Below are positions 9,173 to 18,007 of a stretch of 64,000 nt of DNA, in pieces. Below the pieces are notes generated by a model. It saw nothing but the letters and a program-made list of their open reading frames with translations. It did no database searches and was not told the origin of the DNA. The DNA is from Acinetobacter sp. (GTDB lineage Bacteria > Pseudomonadota > Gammaproteobacteria > Pseudomonadales > Moraxellaceae). Every line of letters starts with the position of its first letter. The stretch's first letter is position 1. The position numbers and the translations under genes were made by a program. Where the stretch lies: positions 332 to 64,331 of the forward strand of contig JASLHF010000027.1 of assembly GCA_030152275.1 (NCBI GenBank), given 5' to 3'.

Positions 9173-9256
9173 ATAAACAAATGTGTCGAGCAATAAAAAA
9201 GCCCGATCTCTCCTTCGGGCTTTTTAGACAATTTACTGAATATAGGTTCAATAAAT

Positions 9257-9616
9257 ATGACAACGAATGTAACACAGCAAAAATATTCCAACAACGAACC
9301 GGCTAGCTACAGTCACAAAACGACACAAGAACTTAAAAATAGTGTTGAAAAACGTGAATTTGAACTTGGTCTAGCACCTGATGATGCCTATGTAAAAGCA
9401 CCTGCAGAATTCATTGAAGGTGATGTTGTGGTATTCCGCCAAGAGCATAAACCAGGCCACTTAATGACAGTACACAAAGTACAAAGCGGCGGTGTCTTAC
9501 TGGATGGCAATCATAACTTTGCACTCAATCATCTCGTGCGTACTGCAACGGTGACAGAAGTATTGGCCAAACGTCGTTTAACTGAGGCTGAACAAGCATT
9601 AGCGGAGGTTCCATGA
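9257..9616 (+). CDS. Hypothetical phage protein
   Basis: Operon context, coupled to the next gene. Confidence 0.65.
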   Translation: MTTNVTQQKYSNNEPASYSHKTTQELKNSVEKREFELGLAPDDAYVKAPAEFIEGDVVVFRQEHKPGHLMTVHKVQSGGVLLDGNHNFALNHLVRTATVTEVLAKRRLTEAEQALAEVP

Positions 9617-9921
9617 TCTCCAACAAGGCAATGAAAAAGCAGCCTGAGCATAAACACCTGCAGGGTGTGCAAAGTTGGTATGACCCAGCACTACGCACCC
9701 TAAACGGGCTAATTGATATCCGTAAGGCCAATTTACGCAAGATTAATCGTGATGAGGCCAATGCTGCAGTAACACGGGATGAGTTTATTGAAATGCTCAC
9801 AAACGAGCATCGGATCTCGGCCTGGTATGCCGGTGAAATTATCTCGAGTCTATTAAGAGCCAACATGATTTTGATGTTTGGTCGTTTTATACAAATTAAT
9901 GAAGGGGTGAACTCAAAATGA
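9613..9921 (+). CDS. Hypothetical phage protein
   Basis: ATGA overlaps at both ends. Confidence 0.65.
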   Translation: MISNKAMKKQPEHKHLQGVQSWYDPALRTLNGLIDIRKANLRKINRDEANAAVTRDEFIEMLTNEHRISAWYAGEIISSLLRANMILMFGRFIQINEGVNSK

Positions 9922-10805
9922 GCCAATTTACGCCCAATAGCTTTCAAGTGCCAAACGCATTTGTAGACGAAGTCCTTAACCAAATCTCGGATGCTGCATG
10001 CAAGATCTATCTTGTTGTATGCCGTAAAACGCGTGGCTGGAACAAAGTGATGGATTCGATATCACTTAGCCAATTAGAAGAAATTACGGGTAAGAGTCGT
10101 CCAACAGTGATCAAGGCTAAAAATGAGTTGATACAGGTTGGTTTGTTGGTAGAAATGCCGAGCACCATTTATGGAAATACATTCAAACTCGGTGACGAAA
10201 CTAGTGTTGGTTGGACTGTAAAATTCCCTAGTAAAAAATTTTTACTAGGTGAAAAAGCAGCAGTTGCTAGTAAAGATTCTTTACCACTGCTAGTAAAAAA
10301 ATTTTACCCCGCTAGTAAAGAATTTTTACCATTGCTAGTAAAAAAATTTTACACACAAAAAACACTATCAAAAGACACTAATCAAATTAAAAAAATAAAT
10401 AAAAAAAGTGCGCGTGTTTCGGAGCAACCTTTGGCTGAAAAACCAAAAGCTGAAACTCAAAACACGTTCGATGCGAAATCATGTGAATTACCAAGATCCG
10501 TAAATCCAGATTTATGGAATCAGTTCGTGGATATGCGAACAGCTGCTAAAAAACCACTGACTGAAAACGCAGTAAAACTCATTTTGAAAAAACTTGAGTC
10601 ATACGGTGTCTTTGCAGACCAATCTCTAGAGAACTCGATCATTGGAAATTACCAAGGCGTTTTCCCTCCAAAACAGCAGAATTTGCAAAACAACCAAAAT
10701 GGATTTCATGAGCCAAGCTATTTCGACCAAGCATTTGATCAACAAAGTGGATCGAGCATCATCGATGTAACACCAGATGATTACGCATTGGTGGGAGGAT
10801 ATTGA
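9918..10805 (+). CDS. Replication initiator (lambda O-like)
   Basis: RKTRGWNK..DSISLSQL winged helix; internal iterons. Confidence 0.88.
   Translation: MSQFTPNSFQVPNAFVDEVLNQISDAACKIYLVVCRKTRGWNKVMDSISLSQLEEITGKSRPTVIKAKNELIQVGLLVEMPSTIYGNTFKLGDETSVGWTVKFPSKKFLLGEKAAVASKDSLPLLVKKFYPASKEFLPLLVKKFYTQKTLSKDTNQIKKINKKSARVSEQPLAEKPKAETQNTFDAKSCELPRSVNPDLWNQFVDMRTAAKKPLTENAVKLILKKLESYGVFADQSLENSIIGNYQGVFPPKQQNLQNNQNGFHEPSYFDQAFDQQSGSSIIDVTPDDYALVGGY
10228..10353. repeat. Replication origin iterons
   Basis: Five imperfect (G)CTAGTAAA...TTTAC copies at 10228, 10266, 10289, 10311 and 10334, then an A-rich tract. Confidence 0.85.
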
Positions 10806-10806
10806 G

Positions 10807-11577
10807 ATGAATCACTTGGTTTGTCGTGACGACGTACATGAGTTGATTGCAACTTTGCGAACACTCTATGCATCACAGTTCAATAAAAACTTCCCAGCAG
10901 AGGGTAAGAACTCAATCCCAATGCAAGTTGTTGAAGACCGAGTTGCTAAGGCCATGATTGGGGTGACTGTGGAGCAGTTTCAACGTGGTTTGCTCTTGTT
11001 GAGTACCAGTGGAAATAAATACATGCCTAGCTTTGCTGACTTCCGAACCATGTGTATTGGCGAAGATTGGTGGAATGCTCAAAAGGCTTGGATCAAAGCA
11101 TGTGAGTACACAAAAATTACGAAGCCTAAGCCGGTCACTTTAGCAGATGGTAGTTCTCAATACCGAGACATTACGACCTTGGCCAAGTTCGCATTAGATC
11201 AAGTCATGCTGCTCATCAATGACGGTGAAATGTACCGAGCTAAAGAAGAATTCATTCGCTTGTATGAGGCCTATGTGTTGGAAGCTCAGATTAAGGGAAG
11301 GGTACAGGAGTGGTACCAAGAACGCCCAAGTTTGGCCTGGAGTGAATCAGAGAAAAAGCATGTACCGGTTGCAAACGATGAAGCTCAAAAGCAGTTGGCT
11401 AACTTGAAAGCAAAAATGAATATTCGAAACCGACATGTGCCTAAACCGCAAAAATTGAAAGCAAATAAAGCAAAAGCTGTTGTTCAAAATGAATGGCCAG
11501 ACCCATTTGAAAACCCAAATGAATACCAGTCAATGATGGCAAATGGCTTTAACTATGTATTGGGAGATGGTGTGTGA
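10807..11577 (+). CDS. Replication protein P-like (putative helicase loader)
   Basis: Follows O; YMPSFADFRTMC resembles the P-family motif. Confidence 0.6.
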   Translation: MNHLVCRDDVHELIATLRTLYASQFNKNFPAEGKNSIPMQVVEDRVAKAMIGVTVEQFQRGLLLLSTSGNKYMPSFADFRTMCIGEDWWNAQKAWIKACEYTKITKPKPVTLADGSSQYRDITTLAKFALDQVMLLINDGEMYRAKEEFIRLYEAYVLEAQIKGRVQEWYQERPSLAWSESEKKHVPVANDEAQKQLANLKAKMNIRNRHVPKPQKLKANKAKAVVQNEWPDPFENPNEYQSMMANGFNYVLGDGV

Positions 11578-12443
11578 AAGATCAGCATGACAACCTCACA
11601 ATTGATTGGATTAAACAAAATAAAAATAAAGGTGGTTTAAATGAGTTGGCTCTTTTCGCAGGCGCTGGTGGCGGAATACTCGGATCGCATCTCTTGGGGT
11701 GGAACACAATTTGCGCAGTTGAACGTGATGCCTACGCAGCACAAGTTTTGGCGCAACGACAAAATGATGGAATTCTCCCGCCTTTCCCAATTTGGTCTGA
11801 CGTGTGCAGTTTTGACGGAAAGCCATGGAGAGGAATTATTGACGTTATATCTAGCGGATTTCCATGCCAGGACATCAGTTCAGCAGGTAAAGGAGCTGGA
11901 ATTGATGGAGCAAGATCAGGGATGTGGGCCGAGATGGCTCGAATTATTGGTGAAGTACGACCGAAATTCGTATTCGTGGAAAACTCACCAATGCTTGTTT
12001 CAAGAGGACTTACCCGAGTCATCGGTGATCTTGCCCAAATGGGGTATAACGCACAATGGGCACGTTTTTCAGCATCCAACTTTGGAGCGCCCCATCAACG
12101 TGACCGAATCTGGATTATTGCCAACACCAGTGGCATCAGATTGGAAGAGAAATGGATCACCAGCGGATTACGCACGAAAGTCACCGACTCTAGGAGCGAT
12201 TGTTCAAATGTATCCAACCCCCAAAGCTTCAGATGGAAACAAGCGCGGACAGGTAAGCAGTCATCATCAAAACGGATTAGCGGGAGCAGTCAAGAGTGGA
12301 CACGGTGGTGGTGTGTTGAACCCGAATTGGGTCGAGTGGCTGATGGGGTGGCCAATCGGGTGGACAGACTTAAAGCCATTGGGAATGGACAAGTTTCATA
12401 CGTGGCTAAGAGCGCATTCGAATACTTGAGGAATGATCAATGA
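11574..12443 (+). CDS. C5 cytosine DNA methyltransferase, large subunit
   Basis: Motifs I LFAGAGG, IV GFPCQD, VI ENS, VIII QRDRIW, X RLKAIGNG; no motif IX seen. Confidence 0.9.
   Translation: MKDQHDNLTIDWIKQNKNKGGLNELALFAGAGGGILGSHLLGWNTICAVERDAYAAQVLAQRQNDGILPPFPIWSDVCSFDGKPWRGIIDVISSGFPCQDISSAGKGAGIDGARSGMWAEMARIIGEVRPKFVFVENSPMLVSRGLTRVIGDLAQMGYNAQWARFSASNFGAPHQRDRIWIIANTSGIRLEEKWITSGLRTKVTDSRSDCSNVSNPQSFRWKQARTGKQSSSKRISGSSQEWTRWWCVEPELGRVADGVANRVDRLKAIGNGQVSYVAKSAFEYLRNDQ
11641..12429 (+). CDS. Nested alternative-frame methyltransferase small subunit (motif IX)
   Basis: 262 stop-free codons in the +1 frame; AAGGTGG RBS; LNPNWVEWLMGWPIGWT motif IX-like; two PTP.ASD repeats. Confidence 0.75.
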   Translation: MSWLFSQALVAEYSDRISWGGTQFAQLNVMPTQHKFWRNDKMMEFSRLSQFGLTCAVLTESHGEELLTLYLADFHARTSVQQVKELELMEQDQGCGPRWLELLVKYDRNSYSWKTHQCLFQEDLPESSVILPKWGITHNGHVFQHPTLERPINVTESGLLPTPVASDWKRNGSPADYARKSPTLGAIVQMYPTPKASDGNKRGQVSSHHQNGLAGAVKSGHGGGVLNPNWVEWLMGWPIGWTDLKPLGMDKFHTWLRAHSNT

Positions 12444-12682
12444 ATACTTCATACGTTAAAAAATTTGAAGAGATTAAAAACGTACTTGTTTACGTCGCAT
12501 TTTCCACTGCTGAAGTGACTGCTTTAGAGCTTGAGGAAAACGTGACTGATTGGGGACGCTGCCAATTAAATTTACACCTTAAGAAACTTGTAGAGGCTGG
12601 TTATCTGCAGAGTAATGGCAAGCAAGCGGAACGTGCTTATACCGCTACTGATAAAACAAAGCAGTTATTTGGAGTGAAGTAG
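12440..12682 (+). CDS. Small winged-HTH protein
   Basis: LNLHLKKLVEAGYL wHTH pattern. Confidence 0.65.
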   Translation: MNTSYVKKFEEIKNVLVYVAFSTAEVTALELEENVTDWGRCQLNLHLKKLVEAGYLQSNGKQAERAYTATDKTKQLFGVK

Positions 12683-13092
12683 TGACCAGCTACTCAATTG
12701 CTGAATACAAACGAATGATTGGGGCTCCGAAAACTAAACGAAGCTCCAAAAGACCTAAGGTTAAAAGCCAAAAGGGACCAAATGAGTTCGAAGTCAAATT
12801 AGCACTCGAACTTAAAGCTTTAAAGATTGAATTTGAGCAAGAGTTTCACTTTCAGCCAGGCCGTAAATGGAGGGCTGATTTCCACCTAAAGGGAAGAATG
12901 ATTCTGATTGAAGTTGAGGGTGGTATCTGGACGAATGGTAGGCACACAAGGGGTAAGGGTTATATAGGCGACATGGAGAAATACAACGCGGCAACCATGT
13001 TGGGTTATCAAGTAATACGGTTTAGTACAGAGCAAGTGAAGTCAGGTTTAGCAATTCAGCAGATTGAGAAGATGGTAGGGGATTTAGGATGA
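12682..13092 (+). CDS. PD-(D/E)XK endonuclease, DUF559/Vsr-like
   Basis: QEFHF..GRKWRADF...IEVEGG.W...H.RGKG...DMEKYN pattern. Confidence 0.75.
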   Translation: MTSYSIAEYKRMIGAPKTKRSSKRPKVKSQKGPNEFEVKLALELKALKIEFEQEFHFQPGRKWRADFHLKGRMILIEVEGGIWTNGRHTRGKGYIGDMEKYNAATMLGYQVIRFSTEQVKSGLAIQQIEKMVGDLG

Positions 13093-13529
13093 GTGCAGCG
13101 GCAAAGTTAGAAGTAATGGATTGGTCTAAATACACCGCCGAAGAATGGTTTAAACAATATGGTGCTTATATTCAGACCTGCAGAATGAAATCGGGAAATG
13201 CACCAGATACGCTAGGGGTAAACCAAATCTATTGGCTTATTTGTGAGAACAATAAAGGGGTGGCACCGAGAAAAAATCAATTAATTTGTACCATCTCTGA
13301 TTTTGAAGCTGAAGAGGTTCGCAAAATGATAATTGATCTGAAGTACTCACCAAGGATATGCGATTCAGCAAAAGTAGCGGTTAATCTGTTTATTGAAAAG
13401 AATGTACGCGGGATGTCGCTTCGGCAAATGGAGCATCAATTTAAATTGGGCAGAACTGCTTTAGATAGCATGATTTTTGCCGGAAAATACTTCTTGAATG
13501 GTCATGACAAGAGATTAAGAATTATTTGA
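13089..13529 (+). CDS. Q-like late antiterminator
   Basis: Last early gene; C-terminal HTH; directly followed by a pR'-like promoter. Confidence 0.6.
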   Translation: MSAAAKLEVMDWSKYTAEEWFKQYGAYIQTCRMKSGNAPDTLGVNQIYWLICENNKGVAPRKNQLICTISDFEAEEVRKMIIDLKYSPRICDSAKVAVNLFIEKNVRGMSLRQMEHQFKLGRTALDSMIFAGKYFLNGHDKRLRII

Positions 13530-13565
13530 CTGTCCGGACAGGATATGGCATATTTTTGTTATAGT
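13526..13565 (+). promoter_or_regulatory. pR'-like late promoter
   Basis: TTGACT-17-CATATT; spacer palindrome TGTCCGGACA; downstream -10-like TATAGT possible pause element. Confidence 0.6.
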
Positions 13566-13686
13566 GTCCTAAGTGTAATTGAGAGCACTAGAGGCCATAT
13601 AAAAAGCTTGAAGTATAAAGGGCTTATACTCTTGATACATAATAACTATTATTTACAATACTTTAGTAATTTAATAGAATCGTTAA

Positions 13687-13756
13687 GCTTTACATAAACC
13701 TACATCAGCGCAAATGATAAAGGTCTGAAGTCCTATAGAGATATAGGACTTTTTTA
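13687..13756 (+). ncRNA. Candidate ~70-nt small RNA, copy 1
   Basis: TTTACA-17-TAGAAT promoter, GCTTTA start, ATCAGCGCAAATGATAA core, 10-bp terminator stem; paralog at 17251. Confidence 0.65.
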
Positions 13757-13868
13757 ATGTCTGAAAGAAAGATATGTTCCAATTTTTTTTAAGATTATTT
13801 TGCTTAGCTTGAAAAATCTGCAACTAATGGCGGCTTTTCCTTTTCCTGTATGTAGATAAAATAGTGTT

Positions 13869-14072
13869 ATGAAAAGACCTTATAGACGGAAGGTTATTCC
13901 GAAATCTTCTTGGACAACAGAGCAAGATATATTCTTGATTGAGAATAGTTCACTTGAAATGAGGGAGCTATGTATTAGATTGCCATATACAGAAGATGAA
14001 ATTTTAAAGCGCAAGGAAATGCTTGGTCTTATACGTAGGGACTTGCAGATGCGTAAATTCATAAGCAAATAA
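13869..14072 (+). CDS. Small Myb/HTH-like protein
   Basis: WTTEQDIFL...RK..LGL pattern. Confidence 0.55.
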   Translation: MKRPYRRKVIPKSSWTTEQDIFLIENSSLEMRELCIRLPYTEDEILKRKEMLGLIRRDLQMRKFISK

Positions 14073-14274
14073 GAATAAAATAAGTAAAATATCTTTAGTT
14101 TAGATAAAGATTTTAAGTTTTAATTAACAATAACTTATGTGAAACATAAAATCAGATTGAGAAAAATTGCACAAATTTACAAAAAAATAATTTTGTATGA
14201 TGTATTTGGTACTTTTGTAGTCTCATTATTTGAGATAGTTTAGTAGAACAATAATACTAAATCGAGCTTCAAAA

Positions 14275-14541
14275 ATGTCTAATCCATTTGAGCTTCATGT
14301 TTTACGCCAGATCTATGATTTCATCATTGAGCGTGACAGCTTCAAAAATTTGAGCCCTCACAATCAAGTTTTGGAGTTTTTCAGAGAAATAAACGAAGGA
14401 GATAAGTCTGACGTGGTAGAAATGAGTCCAAATATCATTCATGGTAAATTTGGGTTTGTCTCAAAAATTAATTTAACCTTTGTACCAATGTTCAAAGATA
14501 AAGATAAATTTCTAAAATGGGTACATCAACAACTTAATTAA
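14275..14541 (+). CDS. Hypothetical protein, QIYDF family copy 1
   Basis: Clear similarity to 16882..17151 and 17500..17784. Confidence 0.75.
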   Translation: MSNPFELHVLRQIYDFIIERDSFKNLSPHNQVLEFFREINEGDKSDVVEMSPNIIHGKFGFVSKINLTFVPMFKDKDKFLKWVHQQLN

Positions 14542-14610
14542 TTCTTATGAATTTGATTTTTAATAATATTATTAGTGTATAAAATTATAATACTCATTCG
14601 GAGTAAAAGA

Positions 14611-14820
14611 ATGACAATTGTTACCAATGGTGTTGTGAAGTGGTTTGATAAGTCAAAAGGTTTTGGATTCATTGCGAGTGATGCTGGCGAAGACTTATTT
14701 GCACACTATAGTGAAATTAGAATGAATGGCTATAAAGTTTTAATTGAAGGTCAAAGAGTTCAATTTGAAATATCTCAAGGTAAAAAAGGAAGACAAGCTA
14801 GCAATATCCAGCCTGTCTAA
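14611..14820 (+). CDS. Cold-shock protein, copy 1
   Basis: GVVKWF..SKGFGFI (RNP1), LFAHYS (RNP2); GGAG RBS. Confidence 0.95.
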   Translation: MTIVTNGVVKWFDKSKGFGFIASDAGEDLFAHYSEIRMNGYKVLIEGQRVQFEISQGKKGRQASNIQPV

Positions 14821-14874
14821 TATATATTTCAAAACATAAAATCAATTATTCAATGTCACTAATGAGTTGGAATA

Positions 14875-14997
14875 ATGGGTAAAAACTTCAAAATTCTTCT
14901 TACATTATTTTTAATAAGTGTTATTGCAGTAACAATTTACATTTATGAGCATAAAAAAAGACAAAGAATTGAGATATTAGAGCGCATATCACAATAA
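14875..14997 (+). CDS. 40-aa single-TM peptide, copy 1
   Basis: MGKNFKILLTLFLISVIAVTIYIYEHKKRQR; homologous to 18349..18504. Confidence 0.6.
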   Translation: MGKNFKILLTLFLISVIAVTIYIYEHKKRQRIEILERISQ

Positions 14998-15039
14998 AAC
15001 ATGAATATATGATTTTAAAATTAGATTTCTGGTGTGATT

Positions 15040-15156
15040 ATGATGCAATTTATTAAGTGTATGTTTGGCATACATGGATTAAGTAAAAAGCATCAATGTA
15101 TAGATGGTGAAATTGAATACTGTCAAAATTGCTTTAAAATCACTCTTATAAAATAA
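15040..15156 (+). CDS. 38-aa putative zinc-binding peptide
   Basis: KCMFGIH...CQNC pattern seen in small phage zinc-finger proteins. Confidence 0.5.
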   Translation: MMQFIKCMFGIHGLSKKHQCIDGEIEYCQNCFKITLIK

Positions 15157-15203
15157 TTGTTAAATAAACATAGGTAAATCTGTGCGCAGGTGCTATAGTG
15201 TGT

Positions 15204-15365
15204 TTGATCGAATCCGTAAGCGGAACGGTAGTGTTTGAGTTGTTAATGGAATTGCGTATTCCCTCCAATCTGGTGCTAAAGCATCGAATTCAAACAGTTA
15301 ACGCATAGCATGAATTCGCATCATGCCGATCAAGGGGAGCCTGCAGCTATTCGTGGGTTTTCCTT
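15204..15365 (+). ncRNA. Candidate multi-branched structured RNA
   Basis: Extended -10 TGcTATAGT at 15191-15199; six nested stems plus a 3' hairpin; GC-richer than flanks. Confidence 0.6.
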
Positions 15366-15524
15366 AAAATTCTAAAGATACTAATCTGATTTTTATCTAT
15401 TTTTTTCAAGCTACTGTAAATATCATAAGTTTAAATTTTTCTTAAGTGAACAATCTCCAAAATCAAAGTTGGTTTTATTTTTAATACTATTCTGTTTACA
15501 AAAGCTCATTATATGAGTCAATAA

Positions 15525-15746
15525 ATGAACATATCTAACGGCTGGACTACTGCTTCAGCAATTAACGGTGATGAAATTCGTGTGAATATTATTCCGTTAA
15601 AGAAAATTCAAAGCAATTTGAATGGTAAAACCTTAGTTGAAGTTGCTAAACAAGTTGTCCTAGAGTCGGGGCAAAAGCTAACTTTAAATATTGATGGTAA
15701 ATCTTTTTATACTGAACTAAATAAACTATATAAATTGTATTTTTAA
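15525..15746 (+). CDS. Hypothetical protein (73 aa)
   Basis: ORF with GAG RBS in the moron region. Confidence 0.6.
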   Translation: MNISNGWTTASAINGDEIRVNIIPLKKIQSNLNGKTLVEVAKQVVLESGQKLTLNIDGKSFYTELNKLYKLYF

Positions 15747-15871
15747 ACCCTCACTCTTAAACCTAAACAACTTAGAGCTAAAATTTTTTAATTAAATTAT
15801 TTATAAATTAATCATTTATTTTCTTAATTTTTTCAAGAACTCTAAATTAAATATTATTAAAGGAAATTATT

Positions 15872-16087
15872 ATGTCAAATTTAACTACAGGCACTGTTAA
15901 GTGGTTTAACGATAATAAAGGCTTCGGTTTCATCGCAGCTGATAATGGCGAAGAAGTTTTTGCTCATTTTTCTCAAATCAATTCAAGTGGTTTCAAATCA
16001 CTTGCTGAAGGTCAGCGTGTACAGTTTAGCGTATCAAAAGGCCAACGTGGATACCAAGCGAGTGAAATCGTTGGGATTGATGGTTAA
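15872..16087 (+). CDS. Cold-shock protein, copy 2
   Basis: [23 protein letters not shown]. Confidence 0.95.
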   Translation: MSNLTTGTVKWFNDNKGFGFIAADNGEEVFAHFSQINSSGFKSLAEGQRVQFSVSKGQRGYQASEIVGIDG

Positions 16088-16090
16088 TAC

Positions 16091-16312
16091 ATGGATACCA
16101 AATTCTTAAAAAAACTTACGGTTGATGTAATTGATCAGCATGGTGAAATACAAGCAGTTGAAGCTATGTATGATACCTCTAGACAAAAAGAAAATTTGAA
16201 AGCAAATGACGATCAAATCCGTTATTTGAACGTAAATGATGAATTGATCAAACCAAGTTTCGATATGCATTTTTTTAGCATTAGAACAGGTAAAATTTTT
16301 AAGTTCGCTTAA
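16091..16312 (+). CDS. Hypothetical protein (73 aa)
   Basis: 3 bp after csp; followed by terminator AACCTCC-TGCG-GGAGGTTTTTT. Confidence 0.65.
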   Translation: MDTKFLKKLTVDVIDQHGEIQAVEAMYDTSRQKENLKANDDQIRYLNVNDELIKPSFDMHFFSIRTGKIFKFA

Positions 16313-16364
16313 AATTTGATTATTAAAAAGAACCTCCTGCGGGAGGTTTTTTAATGGGTGAAAT

Positions 16365-16763
16365 ATGGAAATAGATGCATATAAAACCCTAACCAACAAA
16401 CTTCCACATAAGAAAAAACCGCGTACCAGACCGCTACCAAAAGCGAGTGAAAAATACCTAGAAGCATTCGATCGATTAAAAGAAATATTAGATCGGATGG
16501 AAATCAAGTATGAAGAGTACTTTCATTTTAAAACGACGAAACACTGGCGTTTTGATTTACACCTTCTTGAATACCGCGTGCTAATTGAAATAGCGACTGG
16601 CCCGTGGTCAGGTGGTCGTAAAGGTAAACTCGCAACAAAAGCTTGGAGCATGGATCGTTATGATCATGCTGAAGCAATGGGGTATCGATTTCACCGTTTT
16701 GAACTTGCAGATATCAATATGGGGCGGGCAACGGCCTGGCTAAAGTCATTAGAGAAAAATTGA
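16365..16763 (+). CDS. Second DUF559/Vsr-like endonuclease paralog
   Basis: YFHF..KHWRFD...LIEI..G.W..GRKG aligns with 12682..13092. Confidence 0.7.
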   Translation: MEIDAYKTLTNKLPHKKKPRTRPLPKASEKYLEAFDRLKEILDRMEIKYEEYFHFKTTKHWRFDLHLLEYRVLIEIATGPWSGGRKGKLATKAWSMDRYDHAEAMGYRFHRFELADINMGRATAWLKSLEKN

Positions 16764-16881
16764 AAGATTTTATAATGATATGGTGGTGATACTTATTGTT
16801 TCAGGATGTGTGAAAGCTTTAATATTCTCATAAATGACGTTAGGTTGATAATTCAAGTCTAATTATTATGAGAAGAAAGTC

Positions 16882-17151
16882 ATGAATAAAAATTTTGAAT
16901 TCCATGTTTTAAGCCAGATTTATGATTTTCTTATTGAGCGGAATGATCACGGTTCGTGTGGCATTCACGGCAAAATTCTCGAGTTCTTCCGTGAATTGAA
17001 TCTTGGTCAGCCTGAGGATTTTAAGATTATTGATCCGAAGAAAATTGCTGGTAAGTTTGGTACGGTTGATTTTATCCACCTAATAAACGTACCTCATTAT
17101 GAAGATAAAGATCGTTTTATTAAATGGGCTTATACTCAGTTAAATCGCTAA
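16882..17151 (+). CDS. Hypothetical protein, QIYDF family copy 2
   Basis: FEFHVLSQIYDFLIER...LEFFRE...GKFG...DKDRFIKW. Confidence 0.75.
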   Translation: MNKNFEFHVLSQIYDFLIERNDHGSCGIHGKILEFFRELNLGQPEDFKIIDPKKIAGKFGTVDFIHLINVPHYEDKDRFIKWAYTQLNR

Positions 17152-17250
17152 ATCAATATAGTGAAAATTCACTTTAAACTTCACTTAAATTTATGATTAA
17201 TAATAAATTATATGTTTTCAAGCTGTGGGCTTTAGAACTATAATTATCAT

Positions 17251-17316
17251 GCTTTAATGCATCTCAAATCAGCGCAAATGATAAGAGTCAAGCTCCATAG
17301 AAATATGGAGCTTTTT
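17251..17316 (+). ncRNA. Candidate small RNA, copy 2
   Basis: TATAAT at 17239-17244, GCTTTA start, identical 17-nt core at 17268-17284, terminator. Confidence 0.65.
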
Positions 17317-17499
17317 CAATTAAAAAATAATCTTTACGATGTGATTGTTAAGATGAATTAGATTCTATTTCAAAAGATAAATTTACCTTAAAGTGTTATT
17401 TAAAAATATTAAATACTTATAAAAAATAGGTATTTAGAGGTGTAAATAGCTATTGTTCTCAAAATCTTGAAAGAGTAAATTAATTACTTATAAAAACAA

Positions 17500-17784
17500 A
17501 TGAGCTTAAAAATGCCGGATAAGAACACTAAAGCAATAGTTGAACAAATCTATAACTTTGTCACTGAAAAGCATGGCATCCAAAACAAAAGCCGTTTTAT
17601 GCAGCTCTCTCTATTTTTTAATTATTTACATGAGGGTGATGAAAGTACATTTACAGCTATTAAGCCCTATAATTACCAGGGTGTCTTTAATGGTAGTAAG
17701 CAAATTATTTATGGAAACGCAGCCCCTGATATTTTTGATAAAGAGAACTTCATTGAGTGGACATTAAAATCGATTGATGGATAG
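17500..17784 (+). CDS. Hypothetical protein, QIYDF family copy 3 (divergent)
   Basis: QIYNF...FF..LHEGD...G.F...DKENFIEW. Confidence 0.7.
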   Translation: MSLKMPDKNTKAIVEQIYNFVTEKHGIQNKSRFMQLSLFFNYLHEGDESTFTAIKPYNYQGVFNGSKQIIYGNAAPDIFDKENFIEWTLKSIDG

Positions 17785-18007
17785 GGAGACTGATGCAGTA
17801 CTTTGCTTTTGATCTTCTTTTAGATTTAAAAATGAAAACTATTTAACATTTTTAATAATAATTGCAAAATAAAACAAGGACTTGGTTCGCATAAAAATAA
17901 CATTTGTATCTTCATATTTAAGGATTATTGGTTATATTGAATATGCTTGTTAATTAATCAATATTTACAGCAATTTCTAAACTTATAATTATTTAAAGGA
18001 AATATAA

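Noticed and set aside
10228..10353. Short spaced repeats that might suggest a CRISPR array
   Set aside because: No spacer-length unique sequences and no cas genes; they lie inside the O-like gene and fit iterons
15204..15333. Canonical tRNA
   Set aside because: No standard anticodon arm, T-loop consensus or CCA end; kept as an unknown structured RNA
15525..16312. Paralogy of the two 73-aa ORFs flanking the middle csp
   Set aside because: Only equal length and faint C-terminal resemblance; needs profile comparison
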